A stretch of 64,000 nucleotides of DNA from an uncultured Pseudanabaenaceae cyanobacterium (GCA_938002085.1 CALLAT010000009.1:6760-70759), one strand, 5' to 3'; shown: positions 45,333-59,501, counted from the stretch's first letter. Notes: generated from the sequence alone by a model not told the origin. Made by a program: numbers and translations.

Positions 45333-46190
45333 CTAGGGTAGGCGGGGACGGGCAATTCTATTAAAGCGATCGCTGCCGTCTTCCAGCTGGGGCGGAATCC
45401 CGTCTGGGAAGGCCTGCTCGATCATGCTAGTCAGCTCTGCAGCGCGGTTGCCAGGGTTGGGGTGGCTGCTAAAAAATTCCGGTGGAGCGCCTCCGCGTCC
45501 GTTGGCTTGGGCGAGAACATCCATCAATTCGACGATGCCTCGGGGGTCATAGCCTGCTTCCACCATGAACTGGAGGCCGAGGCGATCGCTCTCCAGTTCA
45601 TCGGCACGGCCGTATTTGAGGCTGACCAACTGGTTGACGGCCTGGGCGATCGCAGCCGCATTGCGGCCACCGCCATAGGTGCCATCACTGGCGGCTACCC
45701 CTACAGCATTGACGAGAGAGACGCCGAGCTGCTGTTTCGCGATATGCTCTGCGCCGTGGCGACCGATAACATGGCCGATTTCATGGCCCAGTACTGCGGC
45801 TAGCTGCGCTTCGTCATCGAGCTGGCGCATCAGACCGGCCGTGAGGAAGACCTGGCCGCCCGGCAGGGCAAAGGCGTTAACCGTTTGGGCATCGCGCAGC
45901 AGGTGGAACTCGAAGTTGTAGGGAGATTGTCGAGCTCCGGTCTGGGTGATGAGTTCAGCACCCACGGCATCTACATAGGCCTGGAGCTGCTCGTCGGGAT
46001 AAAGGCCACCATGTTGCTGGGCCATTTCGCCGCGAGCCTGAACGCCGAGAACCTGTTCTTGTTGAGGGCTGAGCTGAACGCGCTGCTTTTCCCCAGTCAC
46101 TGGGTTTACATCGGTATTACCGTAGTAATTGAGCACGCCAAAAAAGGCGAAGAGTCCGCCGATGAGCAATCGCAGAAGCAATTTTCTCAC
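45333..46190 (-). CDS. M48 family zinc metallopeptidase
   Basis: Signal/TM N-terminus, HEIGHVIGRH (HExxH) and a downstream ELESD glutamate motif. Confidence 0.9.
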   Translation of the reverse strand: MRKLLLRLLIGGLFAFFGVLNYYGNTDVNPVTGEKQRVQLSPQQEQVLGVQARGEMAQQHGGLYPDEQLQAYVDAVGAELITQTGARQSPYNFEFHLLRDAQTVNAFALPGGQVFLTAGLMRQLDDEAQLAAVLGHEIGHVIGRHGAEHIAKQQLGVSLVNAVGVAASDGTYGGGRNAAAIAQAVNQLVSLKYGRADELESDRLGLQFMVEAGYDPRGIVELMDVLAQANGRGGAPPEFFSSHPNPGNRAAELTSMIEQAFPDGIPPQLEDGSDRFNRIARPRLP

Positions 46191-46401
46191 GCTGCATCTC
46201 CCGGAATAATGGATGTCCTGAGTGGCTGGGCTAACCGAAATTAACTGAAACCATTGCGATTCAAGTCACCGCCCGCCATCGTTTTACGCTGACGCATAGC
46301 AGACGTGTTTGAGTGATGTGACCGTGGCTATATCTTGCCGGATGAAGTTGCGATTGGGCCCAAAATTAGCAAACCTCAACGAATCCCGGATGGTTTCGCT
46401 G

Positions 46402-46534
46402 AGAGGTTGTTTGAGAATTCGGCCAAGCGTCAAATTTGAAATCTCGACTAGCAATGAAGCGTCGGGATTTCGTTAATTTTGGCAGCATCATAGGCCATCC
46501 TGCTACAGCGAGATGCCTTTCTCAAACAACCTCT
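46402..46534. mobile_element. MITE-like element or long imperfect hairpin, 133 bp, with 16-bp perfect terminal inverted repeats
   Basis: agaggttgtttgagaa (46402..46417) and its exact reverse complement (46519..46534). There is an inner imperfect pairing (aaatctcgac / gtcgggattt). The termini resemble those of the element at 48183..48530. Confidence 0.5.
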
Positions 46535-46581
46535 GAGGCTGACTCGCAAGGCTGTATATGTCTCGTGAAGGCTAACAGAAG

Positions 46582-47148
46582 TTAATCCGGTTCAATGAGG
46601 TAGCGCTTTCCGCGACGTTTCCGGGCTTCCATGGCGCGTTCCAGGACCGTGAGCAATCCTGGCGCTTCGGTTTGCAAGGCCAGCAGTAAGCGTTCGCCCT
46701 CATCCTCTTCCTGGGGGTCAAAGCCGGTCTCCATCACGTTGGCCAAGCGGGGCAAGGCCATTTCATCAACGAGCTGCACTAGGCCATGGAGGCAGCGGTT
46801 AAATTGCCGCTCAGTCAATTCCGCATCTTCCAGAGGAAATTCAATGATGGCGCGAATTTCACCGTCCGAAGGGTCGTACTCCCATTGGAGCATCTTGGTT
46901 TCCCAGGAGATGCTCAGCATCGTCTGGAGAATGGCGGACTTATGGGGATGGTTCTGGACGTCTGACAGAATTTGGGGGGCGTAAATCGAGAAGAATTCGC
47001 CTTCTTCTTCGAGCTCTACGACCACGAGTAGATGCTCAATACTTTCGCCTTTAACGCCGGTGTAGATGCGATGATTTTCGGCATCTAAACGGTATTTCCA
47101 GCCCTTATTGTCCAAGAATTTGGAGATTTTCTGTACAGATGTGCCCAT
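46582..47148 (-). CDS. YbjN-domain (putative sensory-transduction regulator-like) protein
   Basis: KISKFLDNKGWKYRLDAENHRIYTGVKGESIEHLLVVVELEEEGEFFSIYAP is a YbjN-like fold signature. The C-terminus is acidic. Confidence 0.65.
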   Translation of the reverse strand: MGTSVQKISKFLDNKGWKYRLDAENHRIYTGVKGESIEHLLVVVELEEEGEFFSIYAPQILSDVQNHPHKSAILQTMLSISWETKMLQWEYDPSDGEIRAIIEFPLEDAELTERQFNRCLHGLVQLVDEMALPRLANVMETGFDPQEEDEGERLLLALQTEAPGLLTVLERAMEARKRRGKRYLIEPD

Positions 47149-47458
47149 GGTGAGCGGTGGGTAAAGGAATAGCGAGAGCGAAACTGCGCAAGGAACCTTG
47201 AAGACTTAATCTATACCATTGTTTCCATCGGTGAGACGCCTTTAGGTGTGGAATACCGACTGGGGAAATCCGACTGTTTCTATAGAGAACGTAAGATCTA
47301 AATCCTACTTGCTGCTGTAAAGGTCTATTGTGATCTGACCATTGACTCACAGTCTATTTCTCTATTGAGAGGATTAGCCGTTCCCTAGAACGCTGTCTGA
47401 ATATGCCTTTCAGTTTTATGGGTCGGCTTGCTGATTCGTTGACGTAAGCCTCCCCGGT

Positions 47459-48052
47459 TCAGGTGATTTGCGAGTCAACCTGTTGAATGAGGAGGGCTAA
47501 AGTCTGGCTGTTGTCCAAGACTACATCGGCGCGATCGCATTTTTCGGAAAGTGGCATTTGGGCGGCAATTCTGGCCTCGGCTTGTTCCATCGTTAAGCCA
47601 TTACGAGCCATGAGTCTTTGGCGCTGCTGGTCGTTGGTGCAGCTCACGACCCAAGTTTCAGTGATGCGGTGGGTTAGGTTTTTTTCAAACAGTAAGGGAA
47701 TGACGAGGACCACGATGGGAGCCTGGGCATGCTCTGCCATCGCTTGATCGAAGCGCTGATTGATGTATGGGTGGGTCTGGGACTCCAGCCAGCGCAGCTC
47801 GGCTTCGTCGTTAAAGACAATTTGGCCCAGCTTGGCGCGGTTGAGGGGGGCGGGGGCAGGCTCGTCTGTGAGAATCTCTGAGCCGTAGCGATCGACGATG
47901 CGCTGCCAGATCTCACCGCCGGGGGCTACGGCATCGCGAGCGTAAAGGTCGGCGTCGAAAATGGGGAGCTGATGGACCGTGGCGAGATGGTTGGCGACGG
48001 TGGTTTTGCCGGTGGCGATGCCGCCGGTTAGGCCGATTTTGCGTTGGGGCAT
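47459..48052 (-). CDS. coaE: Dephospho-CoA kinase
   Basis: IGLTGGIATGKTTV P-loop at the N-terminus, CoaE-typical length and the motifs IPLLFE and VVSC..QQRQRLMARNG. Confidence 0.93.
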   Translation of the reverse strand: MPQRKIGLTGGIATGKTTVANHLATVHQLPIFDADLYARDAVAPGGEIWQRIVDRYGSEILTDEPAPAPLNRAKLGQIVFNDEAELRWLESQTHPYINQRFDQAMAEHAQAPIVVLVIPLLFEKNLTHRITETWVVSCTNDQQRQRLMARNGLTMEQAEARIAAQMPLSEKCDRADVVLDNSQTLALLIQQVDSQIT

Positions 48053-48182
48053 AGAGCAGAAAGCGAGGGAAATGGCAGGCCATTTCCCTCGAACAGATGG
48101 GTGGCAAACAGTGGCATTGACCCCGCTCCTATTAAGTCAGCCCTGAAAATCTAGGCCAATCTGGGAGGGGGCGTTTCGTCTC

Positions 48183-48530
48183 AGAGGATGTTTGAAAAGT
48201 CAGCAAAGCCACTGAACTATCAGGTCTTTCCCCTAGATTAGGGCTGGAATTTACTGGGATCTACCTGAGTTCGACGGCTCACAAAAGCCCTGGCGAAGCA
48301 AGCTAGGAATAAATTCCCAGCCTAAGAGCGAAAGCCCACTTTATTGGGCTGCAACCCTCGCAGGTGGGCTGTTCAGTCCGTTTTAACGGACTTGAGCTTT
48401 GAGCCGTGAACTTTAGCTCACGGCGGCAGAGCCAAGCCAGCCTTAAATTTGTTGAACTTAGGTTGGGATCTTGCTACTGAGAAGCCAGCCTGATGTAGGC
48501 GTAGGCAAAGGCACTTTCCAAACATCCTCT
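48183..48530. mobile_element. MITE-like 348-bp element with ~18-bp terminal inverted repeats and internal hairpins
   Basis: agaggatgtttgaaaagt (48183..48200) pairs with the reverse complement of actttccaaacatcctct (48513..48530), 17/18 match. Internal hairpins are agtccgtt..aacggact and gccgtga..tcacggc. The termini are related to those of 46402..46534. Confidence 0.5.
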
Positions 48531-48539
48531 CAGCCCAAC

Positions 48540-52928
<4,389 letters not shown>

Positions 52929-53267
52929 GAATGCTCTTGATAAAGGTTAAGTGGGCAATTCAGATTTTGGTGATGCTGGCGGAGCCAGATAGGACGGCCC
53001 GGATGGACAGTTGTTGTCGCTCTCCAATCAATACCACCCAAAAAATGGTGATCAATAACACCCGTGCATATCTGCCTAGTCTTTACAAAAGGCTGCTGGT
53101 ATTTACGTAGGTAAATTCCGTGATCCGGTCATAAATTGTTTCAGGTTTATTACATTAAAATCTTTGCCAGTCTTGCCTTTCAGGCTTTTAACCGATTTCT
53201 TGTCGCCAAGCGGTGAGCTGTGGCTAATAATTGCTAAGCAGAGGATTCATCACGCTCGGCTTAAAAA

Positions 53268-54059
53268 ATGGCTGATTTAACAGGGACTCGTATTTTGGTG
53301 ACCCGTGCAGCAAGTCAGGCGAGTAGCTTTGGGTCGCTGTTACGCAATCTTGGCGCTGAGGTTCTTGAGATGCCGACGATCGCCATTACACCCCCCTCAA
53401 GCTGGACTCCATTGGATGGGGCGATCGCTCAATTAAACCAATTTGATTGGTTGATTTTGACCTCTGCTAATGCTGTAACTTTTTTTGCTAAGAGATTGCA
53501 GCTGCTAGGGCGTTCAATGTCAAATCTATGCGGTATAAAACTGGCAGTTGTGGGTAAAAAAACAGCTTCTGTTTTGGCAGATTACGGACTGTCTCCAGAC
53601 TTCACACCTCCTAGTTTTGTGGCGGATTCTTTGGTTGCTCATTTCCCTGAACCGTTGGCAGGGCAAAAGATTCTTTTTCCTCGGGTGGAGAGTGGAGGAA
53701 GAGAGGTTTTGGTCAAGGCTTTTCGCGCCGGGGGAGCTGAGGTTGCTGAAGTCCCTGCCTATGAGTCTCGATGTCCCGAGCATGCTGATGGCGCTGTGTT
53801 AGCTGCGCTGCGTGAGGGACGCGTTGATGTGGTGACCTTTGCCAGTTCTAAGACCGTGCGGCATTTTGCCAAGTTGGCTGGGGAGGGGTTGGGACAGGGC
53901 TGGTTGGCTTTGCTTGAGGGGGTTGCGATCGCCTCCATTGGTCCCCAAACCTCCGATAGTTGTCGAGAACTGTTGGGACGGGTAGATCTGGAGGCCCAGG
54001 AATATACCTTGGAAGGACTGACGGCTGCGATCGTGGGTTATCGCTCCACTGCGAGGTGA
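53268..54059 (+). CDS. hemD: Uroporphyrinogen-III synthase
   Basis: GTRILVTRAASQASSFGSLLRNLGAEVLEMPTIAI.. and a two-lobed HemD layout of ~260 aa. It lies beside cobA. Confidence 0.85.
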   Translation: MADLTGTRILVTRAASQASSFGSLLRNLGAEVLEMPTIAITPPSSWTPLDGAIAQLNQFDWLILTSANAVTFFAKRLQLLGRSMSNLCGIKLAVVGKKTASVLADYGLSPDFTPPSFVADSLVAHFPEPLAGQKILFPRVESGGREVLVKAFRAGGAEVAEVPAYESRCPEHADGAVLAALREGRVDVVTFASSKTVRHFAKLAGEGLGQGWLALLEGVAIASIGPQTSDSCRELLGRVDLEAQEYTLEGLTAAIVGYRSTAR

Positions 54060-54060
54060 G

Positions 54061-54813
54061 CTATTGCAGAAATTCTCGCAAGCTCACCACTTCCCCCACC
54101 ACAATGACGCAGGGTGACAATCGCTCTAAGTTTTGCTCGGCGACGCGCTGTTCAATTTCCTCGAGGGTGCTGGCAATAATTTCCTGCTCGGGCTGCCCCG
54201 CCCAGCGAATGATGGCGATGGGACAGTAGGGCGATCGCCCATGGCCCAACAGCTGCTGCACAATGGCTCCCAGCTTTCGCCCCCCCATAAGCAAAACCAG
54301 CGTGGGCAATTGGGCCAAAGCCTCCCAGTTGAGGGCGTCAATATCGTGGGCCGTAAAGACGCCGAAACCTCGGCTGAGCACGGGATCTGTTAGCGGAATA
54401 CCAGCAAGTAAAGGGGCCGCTAGGGCTGACGATAGGCCAGGAACGACCTCAAAATTGCATCCCGCTGCCTTGAGTGCCTGGATTTCAGCACTGGCTCGGC
54501 CAAACACAAAGGGGTCACCACTTTTGAGACGAACGACTTGTTTGCCTTGCTGACATTGTTCCACCAGCAATTGATTGATTTCCCTTTGGGGCGTGCTGGG
54601 TTGGCCGCCTCGCTTTCCCACTTGGATGAGTTGGCATGGGTCGCTGACTTGGGCTTGAAGGCGATCGTCAATTAGGGCGTCGTAGATCAAGACATCTGCT
54701 TGCCGGAGGCATTGTTGTCCTTGGAGCGTGAGATAGTCCACTGCGCCGGGACCAGCGCCGAGGAGATAGACCTTGCCCAGCGATGTTTGTGGGCTGAGAG
54801 ATGGATTAACCAT
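54061..54813 (-). CDS. cobA: Uroporphyrinogen-III C-methyltransferase (SUMT)
   Basis: VYLLGAGPGAVDYLTLQGQQCLRQADVLIYDAL, RLKSGDPFVFGR and VPGLSSALAAPLLAGIPLT are SUMT signatures. Confidence 0.92.
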   Translation of the reverse strand: MVNPSLSPQTSLGKVYLLGAGPGAVDYLTLQGQQCLRQADVLIYDALIDDRLQAQVSDPCQLIQVGKRGGQPSTPQREINQLLVEQCQQGKQVVRLKSGDPFVFGRASAEIQALKAAGCNFEVVPGLSSALAAPLLAGIPLTDPVLSRGFGVFTAHDIDALNWEALAQLPTLVLLMGGRKLGAIVQQLLGHGRSPYCPIAIIRWAGQPEQEIIASTLEEIEQRVAEQNLERLSPCVIVVGEVVSLREFLQ

Positions 54814-54998
54814 GGGAGTCCTTTCGCTAAGCCTGACACTGTGAGCAGAACAATCAGTTTCTCCTAGGACTCGTTTTTCCTAGGCCTTGCGATGCGATGA
54901 ATGTGAGGGACTGTTGAAGTTTTCCTGGGCTGGCAACGGCCACAGCTAAAGATAGTCTCAGCCAATTCTAGGAAGTCCCCCTATTCTCCCAGGTGATT

Positions 54999-55030
54999 CC
55001 CCTAGGATGCCTTGTCTAGGGGGATTTTTT
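54999..55030 (+). terminator. Orphan intrinsic-terminator-like hairpin plus T6 tract in a divergent intergenic region
   Basis: cccctag (54999..55005) and ctagggg (55016..55022) form a stem with a 10-nt loop, followed by gatttttt (T-run 55025..55030). No annotated + strand gene ends here. Confidence 0.45.
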
Positions 55031-55313
55031 GCATTTCAGTGGTCCTAGCCTTGAAACCCCTAGATTGTGGGCAGGGCGGAGTTTCAGATATCAAAACCCT
55101 CGTTGAAATAACGGATTTGGAGCGAACTAGCCTACGTAACTTTGGGAGTCTGTGGACTCGATAGACCTGCGGATGGACGGGCTCGCAAGTTCGTGATGGC
55201 TAGCGATTTTCTTTAACTCGCTAAAAAACATATTGATGAAGACCGTCTGGGATGAGTTTCTCTTCTTAGCCGTTGTCGCTTGCTCCCGATCTTCATGCAG
55301 CGCGTATATCACC

Positions 55314-57506
55314 ATGGCTTCCCAACCGATCTTGATCGTTGACGATACCCCAACTAATCTTCAGGTGCTCTGCGCGCTGTTAAGTGATGCTGGGTTTGAA
55401 GTGGCGATCGCCGAGACGGGAGAAATGGCTCTGGAGATCCTCGATCATATCGAGCCTCAGATGGTGCTGTTGGATGTGATGATGCCAGGCATGGATGGCT
55501 ATGAGACTTGTCGTCGCTTCAAGGAAAATCCTCGTACCGCCGACATCCCCGTTATTTTTATGTCGGCTTTATCCGATGGTCTCAATAAGGTGAAGGCGTT
55601 TGAGGTCGGCGGGGTGGACTACATCACCAAGCCCATTGATACCAGTGAGACCCTGGCGCGAGTGCGTCATCACTTGGAGCTCCAGGCGGCACAATCTGCC
55701 CTAGCAAATTTAAATCGAGAGCTGGAGGAGCGAGTTGAGCAACGGACCAATGCGCTAATTAAGGAAGCCGAGGAACGACATCGAGCGTCGGCTCAGTTTC
55801 AGTCTATTTTTAGCCAGGCTCCCATTGGTATGGCTGTCACCAATGCCGATGGGATGTTTGTCGATGTCAATCAGTCTCTCTGCGATGCCCTGGGCCACTC
55901 CAAGGCTGAGCTGTTGCTACTGGGCTGGCGGTATTTTATTCATCCTGATGAGAGTCGCTTGGCTATGCTGCCTTTGCAACAGCTGGCCCAAGGGAAGATT
56001 GATAACTTCAAGACGGAGATGACCTGTCGAGCGAAGGATGGTGAGGAGATCCATGGCTTGTTGCAGGCGACGGCTGTGCGGGGTGAAGGGGATAGTCCCA
56101 CTTACCTCATCAGTCAGTTTCTGGATCTGACCCATCGCAAGCAAGTGGAAGCGGAGTTACGTCACAATGCCAACCATGATGACTTAACCGGCTTGCCGAA
56201 CCGAGCATTTGTTTGTCAGCGCTTGGACGATGTTTTTCAAATCGTTCGGCAGGATCCTGGCCATTGCTTTGCGCTGCTGTTTTTGGACCTCAATCGTTTC
56301 AAGGTCGTGAATGATAGCCTGGGTCACCATGTGGGCGATCGCCTGCTGGTGGCGATCGCCCGGCGTTTAGAGAACACGGTGCGAGATTCTGATATCGTCG
56401 CCCGTCTGGGGGGCGATGAATTTGTTGTGCTGCTTCAGAAAATCTGCTCTCTAGACGATGCTGTTCATGTGGCTGAGCGCATTAATGCCTTACTGAAACA
56501 GCCCTTTGATCTCGGTCTTGAGCAACCGCTGTTTACCAGCGCCAGCATTGGCATAGCCCAGGGCACAGCCCAATATGAAACAGCGGATGAACTCCTGCGC
56601 AATGCTGACATTGCCATGTACACCGCCAAGGCCCAGGGCCGCAAGGGCGACTATATTATTTTTGACCGATGCATGTATGAGCAGGTTTCGGGCAAGCTTC
56701 AGCTAGAACTGGATTTGCGCCACGCCTTAGAACAAAAAGAATTTCAGCTTCATTACCAGCCCATTGTCTCGACGGATACTGGGGCGTTGTTGGGCTTTGA
56801 AGCCTTGGTGCGTTGGTTTAGTCCGGAGAAGGGAATGGTTTCCCCCGCCGACTTTATTCCCATCGCCGAGGAGACGGGGCTGATTGTTCCTTTGGGAGAG
56901 TGGATTTTGAAAGAAGCCATGGACCAACTGCTGTCTTGGCGTCGGCTTTCTCCTGGGGCCAAGTCCCTCAAAATGAGCGTGAACCTGTCGATTCAACAGC
57001 TCAAAAGTCCTGACTTTTTAGAGCGTTTGGATATTTTGCTAGATTACCCAGACTGGGATGGCAAGGGGCTTCAACTCGAAATCACCGAAAGTATCTTTAT
57101 GGAGGATTTAGAGGAGCTGTTGGCCTTACTCCAAGCCTTGAAACAGCGGGGCATTGAATTAGCGCTAGATGATTTTGGCACGGGGTATTCCTGTCTCAGC
57201 TATCTCCATCGTTTCCCCCTGGACCACCTCAAGGTAGATCGCGCCTTCGTTAGCGATATCGGTCTCCATGGTGAGAATAGCGAAATTGCGGCCATGGTGA
57301 TTAACCTAGCCCACCACTTAGGCATGGGGGTTATTGCCGAGGGAATTGAAGAGCCTCACCAGCGAGAGCACCTGCAACGGATGGGCTGTCCTGCCTCTCA
57401 GGGCTATTGGTTCTCTAAACCTCTCAATGCGGAAGCTGCGGAAAAAATAGTCCTAGAGCCCTTGCCCTGGCGGGAACAGATTAAGCTCCCCGAGCTGGCG
57501 GCGTAG
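55314..57506 (+). CDS. Response regulator with PAS-GGDEF-EAL output (REC-PAS-GGDEF-EAL)
   Basis: ATG at 55314 (MASQPILIVDDTPTNLQV..). REC domain, PAS domain (FQSIFSQAPIGMAVTNADG..), GGDEF domain (ARLGGDEFVVLL with the RDSD I-site) and EAL domain (FEALVRW, DDFGTGYSCLSYL, QGYWFSKP). Confidence 0.92.
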   Translation: MASQPILIVDDTPTNLQVLCALLSDAGFEVAIAETGEMALEILDHIEPQMVLLDVMMPGMDGYETCRRFKENPRTADIPVIFMSALSDGLNKVKAFEVGGVDYITKPIDTSETLARVRHHLELQAAQSALANLNRELEERVEQRTNALIKEAEERHRASAQFQSIFSQAPIGMAVTNADGMFVDVNQSLCDALGHSKAELLLLGWRYFIHPDESRLAMLPLQQLAQGKIDNFKTEMTCRAKDGEEIHGLLQATAVRGEGDSPTYLISQFLDLTHRKQVEAELRHNANHDDLTGLPNRAFVCQRLDDVFQIVRQDPGHCFALLFLDLNRFKVVNDSLGHHVGDRLLVAIARRLENTVRDSDIVARLGGDEFVVLLQKICSLDDAVHVAERINALLKQPFDLGLEQPLFTSASIGIAQGTAQYETADELLRNADIAMYTAKAQGRKGDYIIFDRCMYEQVSGKLQLELDLRHALEQKEFQLHYQPIVSTDTGALLGFEALVRWFSPEKGMVSPADFIPIAEETGLIVPLGEWILKEAMDQLLSWRRLSPGAKSLKMSVNLSIQQLKSPDFLERLDILLDYPDWDGKGLQLEITESIFMEDLEELLALLQALKQRGIELALDDFGTGYSCLSYLHRFPLDHLKVDRAFVSDIGLHGENSEIAAMVINLAHHLGMGVIAEGIEEPHQREHLQRMGCPASQGYWFSKPLNAEAAEKIVLEPLPWREQIKLPELAA

Positions 57507-58703
57507 GGCTTCGGCCTGGCTGGGCTGTTGGACTTCGTAGAGGGCGATCGCCCGTTCAAAGGCACTTCTGCTCTGGTCCAATGCCCCAGTCTTGAGTAGG
57601 GCTACCCCCAGGTTTTGATGAATCTCGGGGGCATTTGGAGTGAGGGATAGGGCCGTTTCGTATGCGGCGATCGCCCCGGCTAGATCCCCCTGCTCCCGTT
57701 TGAGCTTGCCCAGGTTGTAATGGGCTGTGGCAAAGTTCGGGTCAATGGTGATCGCCTGTTCATACAGCGACCTAGCCATTTCTGGCAGGCCCTCAGCCTG
57801 GAGCAGGCTAGCAAAATTATTGAAGGTTCCTAGCTTAATGATGTCTGGCACCGCTACTTCCAAGGCCGCTTGGTAGGCCTGGGCGGCAGCTTCCACATTG
57901 CCAAGCTGGCGATGCCCAATAGCAAGGTGGTAATGCAACTCATAGCGGCTCGGGGCGTCTAATTCGGTCGATTTAAGTCCCCGATTGAGTAGGCTAATGC
58001 CCCGACTCCAGTTGCCTTCTTCACCATATAGCGCTCCAAGTTTGGCACAGCAATAGCCGTCCTTCGGGTGGTCTTTGAGAAAGCCTTCCATGGCCTGGCG
58101 AGCTCGGGTGAACTTGTTTTGAGCGGCGATCGCCCCAGCTTGATAGCCTTCATGGCGAATGGCAATATGAGATGCATCAACAACCTTCCAGCCCGACTCC
58201 TTCTGTAATAGCTCTGCCATACTGTCGTCAACCATGGCATGGTAAGGGCGACGAAACTCCAGCTCTGAATGACGGCGAAATAGCCGCGAGACCATAGAAT
58301 AGGGGGATTGAGCGGCTCCCACTTCTTGGCGCAGAAGATTGATTGCAATGATGTTGGGTTGCTGAAGCAACGGCCTCAGCGAACTAAAGGCTTGGTCAAT
58401 GAGCTGCTCATCGGCATCGAGTACCAATAGCCAATCCCCAGTGGCGTGGCTGATGCAACTATTGCGTGCGGCTGCAAAATCGTCGTTCCACTCGTAATGG
58501 AAGACCTGACAATTTAAGTCTTGGGCAATGGCAACGGTCTCATCGCTGGAGCCCGTGTCGAGAATGATGCGTTCCGTAATCCAGCCCTCTGGATCCGCCG
58601 CTGCTAGGCTGCCCAGGCAAATGGGTAATGCTTCTGCCTCGTCCTTGACGATCATGCAGAGGCTAATGCGAGGCGAGGTCATGGCAAAGCCGAGGCGCGA
58701 CAT
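57453..58703 (-). CDS. Family 2 glycosyltransferase fused to C-terminal TPR repeats
   Basis: ISLCMIVKDEAEALPICLGS..DTGSSDET..LVLDADE is a GT2 signature. The C-terminal half consists of TPRs. The 3' end overlaps the upstream convergent gene by 54 nt. Confidence 0.88.
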   Translation of the reverse strand: MSRLGFAMTSPRISLCMIVKDEAEALPICLGSLAAADPEGWITERIILDTGSSDETVAIAQDLNCQVFHYEWNDDFAAARNSCISHATGDWLLVLDADEQLIDQAFSSLRPLLQQPNIIAINLLRQEVGAAQSPYSMVSRLFRRHSELEFRRPYHAMVDDSMAELLQKESGWKVVDASHIAIRHEGYQAGAIAAQNKFTRARQAMEGFLKDHPKDGYCCAKLGALYGEEGNWSRGISLLNRGLKSTELDAPSRYELHYHLAIGHRQLGNVEAAAQAYQAALEVAVPDIIKLGTFNNFASLLQAEGLPEMARSLYEQAITIDPNFATAHYNLGKLKREQGDLAGAIAAYETALSLTPNAPEIHQNLGVALLKTGALDQSRSAFERAIALYEVQQPSQAEALRRQLGELNLFPPGQGL

Positions 58704-58841
58704 TCTCTATTGTAGAAGCCTGGAGAGGCATAACAAAAACACCGGGTGTTTTCCGAGTGCCTAGAGGTTGAGTCCTCCAATCTCATGAAAACACCCGGTG
58801 TTTGAAGCCGAGATAGGTTGTGCTATGACAGCCGGTGACGG

Positions 58842-59501
58842 CTAGCGATCGCGAACAACCCGAGCCCGCACTGGCTTACAAGGACTGCCCATGCAAATGT
58901 AGCCCGGCGGTACGTCTTTGAAAGCGCTACTGCGAGCGCCCACAACAGCGTTGGCTCCAATGGTTACGCCGGGTGCCACAAAACAATCCGTCGCCACCCA
59001 AGCGCCATTGCCGATCGTGATGGGAGCAGTGGTGAGCTTAAAGGTCGGGTCTTCCACATCATGGCTCCCCGTGCAGAGGTAACTCTTTTGGGAGACGACG
59101 CAGTGATTGCCCAGGGTAATTTGTTCAAAGCTGTAGAAGACAACATCGTCACCCACCCAGCTATTGTCACCGATCGCCACTTTCCAGGGATAGGTGAACC
59201 GAGCCGTAGGCCGAATAATCACATTCTCGCCAATCTCCGCACCAAAACGCCGTAGCAGCGCGACGCGAAAGCCATTGGCAAAGTGAGGGCTGAGCGTAAA
59301 AGCCACGCTTTGGACCAGCCACCACACCAGCACGAACCAGCCAGGGCGACCGCGATCAAAATGAGACTGGTCGTAGCGACTTAGATCCATCAATGACGGC
59401 ATGGCCAATGGATCAGGCCAAAAGCGTTCGTCGCCTGGATTGACGGGCTCTGTTTCTACCAAAGCCGCTTTGGACGCGATCGGGCGGGTAGCTTGTACCA
59501 T
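58842..59501 (-). CDS. Hexapeptide-repeat (LbH) acetyltransferase, WcaF-like
   Basis: N-terminal membrane-associated segment (WFVLVWWLVQSVAF) followed by left-handed beta-helix hexapeptide repeats (IGDNSWVGDDVV.., IGNGAWVATDCFVAPGVTIGANAVVGA). Confidence 0.85.
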   Translation of the reverse strand: MVQATRPIASKAALVETEPVNPGDERFWPDPLAMPSLMDLSRYDQSHFDRGRPGWFVLVWWLVQSVAFTLSPHFANGFRVALLRRFGAEIGENVIIRPTARFTYPWKVAIGDNSWVGDDVVFYSFEQITLGNHCVVSQKSYLCTGSHDVEDPTFKLTTAPITIGNGAWVATDCFVAPGVTIGANAVVGARSSAFKDVPPGYICMGSPCKPVRARVVRDR

